The notes beneath the pieces were generated by a model. It worked only from the letters and a program-made list of their open reading frames with translations, was not told where the DNA came from and did no database searches. 35,478 nt of DNA, taken from the NCBI GenBank assembly GCA_031406045.1, contig JANOGO010000055.1, positions 1-35,478 of the forward strand, written 5' to 3'. This DNA comes from Pseudomonadota bacterium. GTDB taxonomy: Bacteria; Pseudomonadota; Gammaproteobacteria; Burkholderiales; JALYOK01. The position numbers and the translations under genes are program-made. Of the stretch, positions 1 through 8,017 are shown piece by piece (positions within the stretch are counted from its first letter, which is position 1; each line of letters opens with the position of its first letter).

Positions 1-282
1 GCGCTATTGGACACAATCGTTTGGCATAACCCCTCGGATGTGTTTCGCGATGTAATTCTAAAAATGACGTCTACCGATAAATCTGGCGCCATTGACATTG
101 ATGAAGTCATTCTTAGGGTTGGTGTGGGATCGGGCTCCGCCTCCGAGGGGGGGGGCGTGATTCTGCCGTCGCAAATATTTTCGAGTGGTTTCGTCGGTAC
201 GACGGACACCTTTATGCCTGCGCAATCGATCACTGTAACTAATTTGATCGGGGACATACACCAGGTGCCGACGTCTGCTTAA
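1..282 (+). CDS. C-terminal fragment of a protein truncated by the window edge; probable T1SS substrate (large secreted protein or adhesin)
   Basis: Frame is open from position 1 (ALLDTIVWHNPS...) to TAA at 280-282. The sequence is Gly/Ser/Thr/Asp-rich, is followed by a terminator and lies directly upstream of a T1SS operon. The substrate role is inferred from position only. Confidence 0.55.
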   Translation, partial: ALLDTIVWHNPSDVFRDVILKMTSTDKSGAIDIDEVILRVGVGSGSASEGGGVILPSQIFSSGFVGTTDTFMPAQSITVTNLIGDIHQVPTSA

Positions 283-337
283 TGGCATTCGCGCTCGCTG
301 AAGTTAGCGAGCGGGCAACTTTGCGCGCGGTTAAACA

Positions 338-380
338 AAAACCCCAATCGTCGTCCCGGCGGTTGGGGTTTTGATTTTTT
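338..380 (+). terminator. Rho-independent terminator, possibly bidirectional
   Basis: Stem AAAACCCCAATCGTCG / CGGCGGTTGGGGTTTT (with G-U pairs), followed by GATTTTTT. A second hairpin, CGCTCGCTG-aagt-TAGCGAGCG, lies just upstream at about 292-313. Confidence 0.75.
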
Positions 381-596
381 GTACGCCGCTAAAACGACTT
401 ACCCACTACTAATTGGGCGGACCCTAGCGAATCCGGTATGGCAAGGTGATTAAGAATGTGTCGTAATTTTGGAAAAGTTCAATTTTTTCAAAAGCTAACA
501 ATAGAATTATGTTTATTCACTGGAGATATCTGATAAAGTTAGTCGCTAAACCTCATCTCGCCGGCTACGATGCGAACACAAAAATTCAGTAACCAC

Positions 597-1907
597 ATGA
601 AGTGGTTCATTTTCCCCGCCCTGGTTTTGCTTAACTTGACGCCGGTGCACGCGGACACCCTCGCCCAAGTCGTCGGCCAAGTGGTCAAAACTCATCCGCG
701 TATCAAAGCGGCGCAATCCACCGCGCGTTCGGTGCGATACGAAATCGAGCAAGCCGAAGCGGGCAACAATCCCAAGTTTGGTTTGATCGCTGATCCCGGC
801 CGCTCGTATAACTCGGCCACAAAAAAATGGAGTGCGGCGGGTGATTTCGGCGTGCGCGGCACGCAATTGTTGTTCGACGGCAATCGCACCGATAACGAAA
901 TTGATCGCCAACGCGCGCGTTTTCTGTCGGCATCGGAGCGCGGGAAATTGACCGAACATCAGCTCGCGGCGCAAGTCACCGATACCTACATCGAGGTGCT
1001 AAAGCAAGAAAAGCTCGAGCAGCTCGCCAGCCAAAACGTTGATGCCCATACCGAGCTGTACGACAAAACGCAGGAAATCGTGAAGCTCGACAAAGGCCGC
1101 GCCTACGATTTGGCGCAGGCCGGCGCGCGCTTGCAGCAAGCAAAAGTCACGCTGTCATCCCGGCGCGGCGCGTTGCAGGAGGCACAATTATTTCTCGCTG
1201 ATCTGGCCGGCTTTCAGCCGAGTGGATTAATCATGCCGGCCGATCCGGTGAAAGCCGTTCCACCGACACAGCGCTCGGCGTTCGAGCAACTGGAATCGCA
1301 TCCGTCGCTTAAAGCCGCACAAGCGGAAATCGAGAGCGCGCGGCGCGCTTCGGCGATTGCGGCGGCGTGGTTTAAGCCGCGCGTCGATTTTCAGGGCACG
1401 ATCAATAGCCCGCAAGATTTCGAAGGCCATCGCGACTATTTGCGCGGCTATGACGTGCGCTTGGCGATGCAATGGAATCCGTTCGACGGCGGCGCCGGCA
1501 AAGCCGGCTCGCAAGCGGCGGCGGAACAACTCAATGCCGCCAAAGACAATGCCGATGCAGTGCGCCGCGATTTGTCGAATGAAGTCACGCGCTTCTGGTC
1601 GCAAATCGAAACGCGGCGCGGGCGCATGAACGCGTGGGAAGATCTGGCGAAACAAAATATGAAGGTGCGCGATGCCTATTGGCAGCAATTTAAAATCGGA
1701 CGGCGCTCGATGCTGGATTTGCTGAACGCCGAAAACGAATTATTCCAAACTCGCTCCAGCGCCGAAACCGATCGCATGGAATTATTACAATCGCAGTATC
1801 GCTTGCTCGGCAGCCTTGCCCAACTCACGCAGTGGCTTGGCGTTTCGACGGCATCATTCGGTAACGAGAAAGATAGTCGCGGCATCACTAAACCCGCTGC
1901 ACGATAA
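597..1907 (+). CDS. TolC-family outer membrane protein of a type I secretion system (LapE/AggA-like)
   Basis: Signal peptide MKWFIFPALVLLNLTPVHA from ATG 597 (the ORF track starts at 570). Two outer-membrane-efflux repeats, QLLFDG and the QQFKIGRRSMLDLLNAENELF motif. Confidence 0.9.
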   Translation: MKWFIFPALVLLNLTPVHADTLAQVVGQVVKTHPRIKAAQSTARSVRYEIEQAEAGNNPKFGLIADPGRSYNSATKKWSAAGDFGVRGTQLLFDGNRTDNEIDRQRARFLSASERGKLTEHQLAAQVTDTYIEVLKQEKLEQLASQNVDAHTELYDKTQEIVKLDKGRAYDLAQAGARLQQAKVTLSSRRGALQEAQLFLADLAGFQPSGLIMPADPVKAVPPTQRSAFEQLESHPSLKAAQAEIESARRASAIAAAWFKPRVDFQGTINSPQDFEGHRDYLRGYDVRLAMQWNPFDGGAGKAGSQAAAEQLNAAKDNADAVRRDLSNEVTRFWSQIETRRGRMNAWEDLAKQNMKVRDAYWQQFKIGRRSMLDLLNAENELFQTRSSAETDRMELLQSQYRLLGSLAQLTQWLGVSTASFGNEKDSRGITKPAAR

Positions 1908-1924
1908 TCAAACCAGGAGCCGCC

Positions 1925-4114
1925 ATGGCCGCCGAACCGTCTTATATTCACACTGCAAATCAGGCGATGTTTAAGTCCGATCAGGGCGATGCACTGCTGA
2001 CGACTTTTTCGTTATTGCTGCAACATTACGGCATCACAAAAAGTGAAGAAGTGCTGGTCGCCGGGCTGCCGATCAAAGAAAAGGTCACGCCCGAATTATT
2101 GTTGCGCATCGCCGATGCCAATGGCTGCAAAGCAACGGTCAAAGTACGCGGCCTGCAAGAAATTTCCGATTTGTTGTTGCCGGTGATCCTCGAATTGCAC
2201 GACAACCAAGCTTGCGTGTTTCTCAAGCGTCTGGACGATAAACGCGCGCTGGTGCTGATGCCGGAAACGGGCATGCAAGAAGTCGCGGTGGATCTTGCCG
2301 ACATTCGCGATGAATATGCCGGACGCTGCTATTTTGTGAAGCCGGAACTTAAACCGGACGAGCGTTCCGGCATCGAAGTTAAAGCGGCGCCGGGCCATTG
2401 GTTTTGGAGCACGTTGTGGCGCTATAAACCCTATTACATCGAAGCGGCACTTGCGGCGTTACTGATTAACGTTCTCGCATTGGCGGGTACATTTTTTACC
2501 ATGAACGTCTACGATCGCGTGATCTCGAATCAAGCTTACGTTACGTTATGGACACTCGCAATCGGCGTAACCGTGGCGCTGCTGTTCGAATTCGTCGCGC
2601 GTATTTTGCGCGGTTGGCTGATCGACAACGCCGGGAAAAAAGCCGACTTGGTGTTGGGCGCAAAAGTATTTCGCCAAGCGTTGATGTCGCGGCTGGAATA
2701 TCGCGCGGCATCGGCCGGCGCGTTCGCCAACAACTTGCGCGAGTTTGAATCGCTGCGTGATTTCGTTACGTCGTTGACGCTGGTGGCGATCACCGATTTG
2801 CCCTTCTTATTTTTGTTTATCTGGGTGATTTCGTTAATCGCCGGCCCGCTATTTTGGGTGCCGTTGCTGGCGATTCCGGTGATGGCCCTCGTTTCCGGCT
2901 TGGCGCAAATTCCATTATCGCGCTACGTTAACGAGAACATGCGCGAGTCGTCGATGAAACATGGCTTGCTGGTGGAAGCCGTAGAAGGCGGCGAAACCGT
3001 CAAAGCGCTGCGCGCCGAAGGTTTGATGCAAGGCAAGTATGAATTGTCCAGCGCGGTCACGGCGCGCACCGCAATGAAAAGCCGCTTGGTGACCAGCTTC
3101 GTTTTAAATTTCGCGTACGTGGTGCAATCGTTGTGCACCGTCATTATGGTGGTATGGGGTGTTTACATCATCGGCGAGGGCAAACTGACGATGGGCGCGT
3201 TGATCGGCGCGGTGATTCTGTTAGGCCGCGCCATGGCGCCGATCAGCAGTCTTACGGGCCTTGCCGTGCGCTTCCAGCAAGCGCGCACCGCGCTGGGCAT
3301 GTTAAACAAAGTGATGGCGACGCCGACCGATCGCGAAGAAGGCCGCAACTATTTGCACAAACCAAAACTGACCGGAAATATGGCAACCAAGGAACTCGCT
3401 TTCAGTTACGGCCAAGATTTGCCGCTGGCGATTAATGGCGTCGATCTGCAAATTGCGCCGGGCGAACGCATCGCGATGCTCGGCCGAATCGGCAGCGGAA
3501 AGTCTACGTTGCTGAAATTAATGTCGGGGCTTTATCGCGCGCAGAAAGGCAGCGTGCTGGCCGACGGCGTCGACATCCAACAAATCGAGCCGGCCGATTT
3601 GCGACGCAACGTGTTGTACGTCAGCCAAGAAGCGCGCTTGTTTTATGGAACGTTGCGCGAAAACTTGAAAGCCGGCAATCCACGTGTTGACGACGATACG
3701 ATGGTGAAAGTATCGACTGCGTTTGGCGTGCACAATTTTGCCGCGAGCCATCCGCGCGGTTACGACATGATGATCGGCGAGCAAGGTGCCGGGCTCTCCG
3801 GCGGCCAGCGTCAGGCGGTCGCGCTTGCGCGGGCAGTGTTGACCAACCCTGCGGTGTTGTTACTCGACGAACCGACCAGCGCGATGGATAACGGTACCGA
3901 ACAAGCGGTGATGCAAGCGCTACTGCAATTCGGCCAAGATAAAACCATTATTTTTGTCACGCATAAATTACAATTATTGAATTTTGTCGAGCGCGTCATC
4001 GTCATTGATGCCGGCGTGCGTGTCGCCGATGGACCCAAACAATTGGTGATGCAGGCGTTGAGTGAAGGGCGTGTGAAAGGTGTGCCGAAAGCCGCCGGCG
4101 GAGGGAGTGAATAA
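1925..4114 (+). CDS. Type I secretion permease/ATPase (LapB/LssB family) with an N-terminal C39-like domain
   Basis: RBS AGGAG, FFTMNVYDRV transmembrane motif, Walker A GRIGSGKST, signature LSGGQRQ and Walker B LLLDEPT. Confidence 0.95.
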   Translation: MAAEPSYIHTANQAMFKSDQGDALLTTFSLLLQHYGITKSEEVLVAGLPIKEKVTPELLLRIADANGCKATVKVRGLQEISDLLLPVILELHDNQACVFLKRLDDKRALVLMPETGMQEVAVDLADIRDEYAGRCYFVKPELKPDERSGIEVKAAPGHWFWSTLWRYKPYYIEAALAALLINVLALAGTFFTMNVYDRVISNQAYVTLWTLAIGVTVALLFEFVARILRGWLIDNAGKKADLVLGAKVFRQALMSRLEYRAASAGAFANNLREFESLRDFVTSLTLVAITDLPFLFLFIWVISLIAGPLFWVPLLAIPVMALVSGLAQIPLSRYVNENMRESSMKHGLLVEAVEGGETVKALRAEGLMQGKYELSSAVTARTAMKSRLVTSFVLNFAYVVQSLCTVIMVVWGVYIIGEGKLTMGALIGAVILLGRAMAPISSLTGLAVRFQQARTALGMLNKVMATPTDREEGRNYLHKPKLTGNMATKELAFSYGQDLPLAINGVDLQIAPGERIAMLGRIGSGKSTLLKLMSGLYRAQKGSVLADGVDIQQIEPADLRRNVLYVSQEARLFYGTLRENLKAGNPRVDDDTMVKVSTAFGVHNFAASHPRGYDMMIGEQGAGLSGGQRQAVALARAVLTNPAVLLLDEPTSAMDNGTEQAVMQALLQFGQDKTIIFVTHKLQLLNFVERVIVIDAGVRVADGPKQLVMQALSEGRVKGVPKAAGGGSE

Positions 4115-5322
4115 TGGCAACGACGGTAGTTACGCGCAGCGACGAGTTGCTCTACATGCGCGACATGCATCAAGCCATGGTCGCGGAGAAACAAAATGTC
4201 ATCGGCGTGACTTTGCTTTTGTTAATGGCCTGTTTGGGCGCAGCGCTGTATTGGGCCAATACGTTTAAGCTTGAAGAAATTACGCGCGGCAATGCTAAGG
4301 TCATTCCGTCCAGCCGCGAACAAATAATTCAAAGCTTGGAGGGCGGGATTTTGTCGGAGTTGATGGTGAAGGAGGGTGACGTTGTAACGCAAGGTCAGCC
4401 GCTGTTACGCATCGATCCGACGAAGGCGAAAGCGTCGTACCAAGAGGGACAAAACAAAGCGCTGGCATTGCGCGCGACGGCCTCACGGCTGCGTGCCGAA
4501 GCGCGCGGCACGCAGTTGCAGTTCAGTGCTGATGTGAAGCAATTGCCGGAGTTGGTCAAAAACGAAACCAATACCTATCAAGCGAAACGTCAGGCGCTCG
4601 AGCAAAGCACCACGACAATTAAACGCAGCAAAGAATTAATCGCGCGCGAGCTGGCGATGACCGAGCCGATGGCCGCCAAAGGCTTGGTTTCCGAGATCGA
4701 ATTGTTGCGCATGCGCCGCCAAGTCAACGAACTGGAATTGCAAATACAGGAGCGCTTTAACAAATACCGCGCCGATGCGGCGAACGAATTAAACAGGGTC
4801 GAGGCGGAACTGTCGCAAACCACCGAAGTGGTCGGCGCGCGCCAAGATCAAGTCAAACGTACGACGATCAACGCGCCGCTGCGCGGCACAGTGAAAAATA
4901 TCCGCATGAATACCATCGGCGGTGTAGTGCAGCCGGCGCAGGACATCATGGAAATCGTTCCGCTGGAAGATCGCTTGCTAGTCGAAGCAAAAATTCGTCC
5001 GCACGATGTTGCGTTCCTGCATCCCGGCCTGCCCGCGACGGTAAAAATCAGTGCTTATGACTACAGCATTTATGGTGGACTCGAAGGCGAAATCGAAATC
5101 ATCAGCCCCGACACATTGCGCGAAGAAAAAAAGAGCGAAGACGAAAATTATTATCGGGTATTGATCCGCACAAAAAATTCCACGCTAACCAACAATGGAA
5201 AAGAACTCCCGATTATTCCCGGCATGACCGCCAGTGTTGAAATTCGCACCGGTGAAAAAACCGTGCTGGATTACATTTTGAAGCCGGTGTTAAAAGCGCG
5301 TGAAGCTATGCGCGAGCGTTAA
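4114..5322 (+). CDS. HlyD-family T1SS membrane fusion protein (LapC-like)
   Basis: N-terminal transmembrane helix, IQSLEGGIL, a coiled coil, YDYSIYGGL and a PGMTASVEIRTGEKTVLDYILKP C-terminus. TAATG overlap with the ABC gene. Confidence 0.95.
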   Translation: MATTVVTRSDELLYMRDMHQAMVAEKQNVIGVTLLLLMACLGAALYWANTFKLEEITRGNAKVIPSSREQIIQSLEGGILSELMVKEGDVVTQGQPLLRIDPTKAKASYQEGQNKALALRATASRLRAEARGTQLQFSADVKQLPELVKNETNTYQAKRQALEQSTTTIKRSKELIARELAMTEPMAAKGLVSEIELLRMRRQVNELELQIQERFNKYRADAANELNRVEAELSQTTEVVGARQDQVKRTTINAPLRGTVKNIRMNTIGGVVQPAQDIMEIVPLEDRLLVEAKIRPHDVAFLHPGLPATVKISAYDYSIYGGLEGEIEIISPDTLREEKKSEDENYYRVLIRTKNSTLTNNGKELPIIPGMTASVEIRTGEKTVLDYILKPVLKAREAMRER

Positions 5323-5395
5323 GCCAGGCGGCACGTCCTGCTTGCCTCTTGACAAGGCATGGCTGGAGAAGCACTATCCATGCGGTTCCTGGAGC
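5322..5395 (+). repeat. Copy A of a degenerate ~70-bp intergenic repeat
   Basis: 5336-5372 matches 35170-35206 at 30 of 37 nt without gaps. Related copies lie near 21820 and 25160. Confidence 0.6.
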
Positions 5396-5412
5396 GATTG
5401 CAAAAGACGCCT

Positions 5413-5895
5413 TTACTGGTAGGGCGTTCCGTCTTTGTGGGCGAAGCGCCATTTGCCTTCCACCGATATGGCCACAATATCGTCATCCGGATAAATTACT
5501 GAATCGCCCGGCGTTCGATCGCCGACTTCTAGATAGACGACGTCCTCGCTCGTATTGTTGATCAGCCGGTGCGCATCGTCGCTGCCCGCCTTGAAGCCCG
5601 CACACATCCCCGCCGAGAGTAAAGTTTCGCCGCAATCAGTCACAAGCATCGGAGTACCTTGCAAAATGTAAACAAACTCATCTTGCCTAGAATGCGCATG
5701 CCGCAACGCCGACACGGTTCCCGGTGGCAGCCTAGCGAGATTCACACCGAAATTACTCAAGCTGAACAGATCGCCGAGCGGATGCTTCTCACGTCCCTTC
5801 ATCTGCGAAGCAAACGGCTCGGGATAGTTGGACGGCTTGGTTCGCAGCGGCGCAGCGGCGGCGAAGATGGCAACAGGAAGGTTTTGTTCGAACAT
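5413..5895 (-). CDS. Cupin-domain protein
   Basis: Cupin motifs LRHAHSRQDEFVYILQG and GFKAGSDDAHRLIN, with a YPDDD...FAHKDGTPY end. Start placed at ATG 5895 (the ORF track starts at 5943). Confidence 0.85.
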   Translation of the reverse strand: MFEQNLPVAIFAAAAPLRTKPSNYPEPFASQMKGREKHPLGDLFSLSNFGVNLARLPPGTVSALRHAHSRQDEFVYILQGTPMLVTDCGETLLSAGMCAGFKAGSDDAHRLINNTSEDVVYLEVGDRTPGDSVIYPDDDIVAISVEGKWRFAHKDGTPYQ

Positions 5896-5969
5896 ATTCA
5901 GTTTCAAGCGATCATTCCCAAACTGTTCATTGACTGGGAGCACCTTACGCCTGCCGCGAAATGGAGGGT

Positions 5970-6224
5970 TTAGACCGATGCATCGCGGAACGCGCGAAGA
6001 ACTATGTTGATTCGCGTTTGGTACCCAGGCCCTTGCGCCTTAAACCATTCCAGGACGTCTTGGTCGACCCTAAGCGAGATGGATGTTTTGGATGGCAAAG
6101 GCATTAAACCGCGTCGAACGACGCCACGAACGATGTGACGGATATCGGCTTCAGCATGGTCCTCGACCGATCGAGATGGCCGCTCACTTTTCTTGAGACG
6201 CGCCCAATCAGTTTTGGATTTCAT
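5970..6224 (-). CDS. brnA: BrnA-family antitoxin
   Basis: KTDWARL N-terminus and KTSISLRVDQDVLEWFKAQGPGYQTRINIVLRAF C-terminal motif. Start is ATG 6224 or GTG 6245; the 182-aa ORF in the track is over-extended through the toxin gene. Confidence 0.88.
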   Translation of the reverse strand: MKSKTDWARLKKSERPSRSVEDHAEADIRHIVRGVVRRGLMPLPSKTSISLRVDQDVLEWFKAQGPGYQTRINIVLRAFRDASV

Positions 6225-6483
6225 TGAAGAAGATGTTGGCTTCACGGTTAGTTGCTTTGCGGAACGAGATGATGCGGATTTCATGTTCGGTCTCCGTATG
6301 AACGATTGAAACGGGAATGCCCGCGAGCAGTCCAAGCGTGATAAAGCGCTGCTCACCTTAGGAGAATCGATCATCTTCAAAGGTGTAGGTGACACCCTCA
6401 AATACACGAGGTGCATCAACAAAATCCAGCCCGTGAGCTTTTTGATTCGCGGCGCGCTTCGCAACTGACCACGTGAACTCCAT
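6208..6483 (-). pseudogene. brnT: BrnT-family toxin with an in-frame stop codon
   Basis: Manual translation: MEFTWSVAKRAANQKAHGLDFVDAPRVFEGVTYTFEDDRFS*GEQRFITLGLLAGIPVSIVHTETEHEIRIISFRKATNREANIFFNEIQN. The TAA is at 6358-6360. HGLDF, GExR and RIISxRKA are BrnT hallmarks. Not in the ORF track. Confidence 0.85.
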
Positions 6484-6812
6484 ACGAGAATCGTATATAC
6501 GTTTAGTAGTGGCGTCAATCAGCGTCGATCACGCCTAGCATAAGTACCCGTGCGGTCACGGGCTGGTCTCTGGCTACCGGGAGCGAACCCGCTGAGCAAC
6601 TTGCATTCGGTGCGATGGTCCTTGGTGACCTTGTGCGCTTCGCTGATGGACCTACTCAACGGTTCATATGTGGGTTGTGTGGTTACGGGACACCGAGTCC
6701 GCGTGCGCCGTGCGCACCTCGCCTGCTATAAGACCATGCCGGAGAGCCAGTGGCCCAAGGTCACTCAGTAGCCATGCGGTTCTTCGGCATGTTTCATTCG
6801 CATCGCGTTGTT

Positions 6813-6910
6813 TGTTGGGGTTCGTACCTCACCCCAACCTACGCGCCGGATAAGCCTCGTGGTAATGCTTTGATCGTAGTAGGGCGGATGAGTCGAAGCC
6901 GTTATCCGCC
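6813..6910. repeat. Two GTAG-type REP elements
   Basis: 6813-6842 reads GTAGGTTGGGGTGAGGTACGAACCCCAACA on the reverse strand. 6879-6910 reads GTAGGGCGGATGAGTCGAAGCCGTTATCCGCC. Each is a GTAG foot followed by a hairpin. Confidence 0.75.
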
Positions 6911-6995
6911 GCATGCACACATACGTCGGAATGGCCCACGGCCAACCGGGGCGTTTCACTTTTCCTACGAGCGATTAGTCGTAAAGCAGAATTCG

Positions 6996-7859
6996 TCATA
7001 GACTCTCAAACCACCCGGCATTTATGCTTACTCGTTCAACGAGTTCGGTTTTCACTCCGAGGCCTAACTCCTTCAGTTTCTCAGCGAGTTCGTCGCCGTC
7101 AACAAGATCAATTGGCGGTGCACCATCGCGTGTTGCTTCCTTTACCGCTGCCGGCGTAAAAGAGCCTGTGGTAATGAATAAGCCTTTGTCGGCACGCCCG
7201 ACCATCGCGCCACGGAAATCTCGAATTTCTCCGGCTGCAACGGAGCCTTTGTAGCGTTTACATTGAAATAAAACGTGAAAACTCATGAAGCCATGGATGC
7301 GAGCGATACCCTTTCCATCAATTCCACCATCCCCCGTTCGGCCAGTAACTTCAACATGGATAAACCCAGACTCGCGCAAAATTCGTTGTACTAATCGCTC
7401 GAATCCCGCTGGTTCAAGGCGTTGCGTGAGTACCGCTGAAAGCTTATCTTTCCATCCCTCTTCTTCTGACAGTTCTCTCGCGGTTTCATCAGGTGGGCGT
7501 TTTTTGGGAGCATCTAATTTATCAAGGGCGCGGACAAAGCGCACAACCTCTGTGGAATCTACGGTTTGAGATATCCTAGCTTTTTCTGTGAGTGACCAAA
7601 CGCCGCGGCTTGAGTTTTCCAATAAACCGTACTTCCGCAAATAAGTTCGTGCCCACGCAAGACGATAGCCAACTTCGGTTTGGCTACTCTTTTCCGGGTC
7701 GTGAAGTTGGGCAAGGACTTCATCAGACAGACCCGTAATTTCAACGGTCTTGGCATAAATCTCCTCGATTGAGCCCGACCCGCCGAGCTTTCGAAGAGCT
7801 TCAAGTAGCGGATTCATCAAGTCGTCAAAAGTCGGAAGCGTGGTTGTCGTGGCCATCAT
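6996..7859 (-). CDS. mrr: Mrr-family (type IV, modification-dependent) restriction endonuclease
   Basis: Mrr N-terminal domain (PTFDDLMNPLLEAL...RLAWARTYL...RGVWSLT) and catalytic domain (FERLV, TGRTGDGGIDG, QCKRY, GLFITTGSFT, IDLVDG). Start is ATG 7859 or 7856. Confidence 0.92.
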   Translation of the reverse strand: MMATTTTLPTFDDLMNPLLEALRKLGGSGSIEEIYAKTVEITGLSDEVLAQLHDPEKSSQTEVGYRLAWARTYLRKYGLLENSSRGVWSLTEKARISQTVDSTEVVRFVRALDKLDAPKKRPPDETARELSEEEGWKDKLSAVLTQRLEPAGFERLVQRILRESGFIHVEVTGRTGDGGIDGKGIARIHGFMSFHVLFQCKRYKGSVAAGEIRDFRGAMVGRADKGLFITTGSFTPAAVKEATRDGAPPIDLVDGDELAEKLKELGLGVKTELVERVSINAGWFESL

Positions 7860-7930
7860 ATCCAGCGCAAAGTGTTGATCTATTTTTCGGAAATCCAAAT
7901 TGACGTTGGCGCTTTAGGTACTCAGCGCGT

Positions 7931-8006
7931 GTAGGTTGGGTTGACAAAGGAAACCCAACATCGGGTAGCGTAGTGATGTTGGGCTTCGTTCCTCAGCCCA
8001 ACCTAC
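7931..8006. repeat. Inverted REP doublet (REPIN-like); may also terminate the pdh operon
   Basis: GTAGGTTGGGTTGACAAAGGAAACCCAACATC (7931-7962) and GATGTTGGGCTTCGTTCCTCAGCCCAACCTAC (7975-8006) in inverted orientation. Same family as 6813-6842. Confidence 0.8.
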
Positions 8007-8017
8007 GAAAACGCTTG

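Noticed and set aside
6225-6518. N-terminal half of the 182-aa ORF 5970-6518
   Set aside because: It is an alternative frame over brnT. Only the C-terminal ~85-92 aa resemble BrnA.
6500-6995. Short ORFs 6550-6771, 6668-6853, 6750-7001 and 6765-6959
   Set aside because: They have no recognisable motifs and run through REP and other repeat DNA.
6813-8006. CRISPR array from the ~30-bp palindromic repeats
   Set aside because: The copies are inverted or isolated, with no regular repeat-spacer period and no cas genes.
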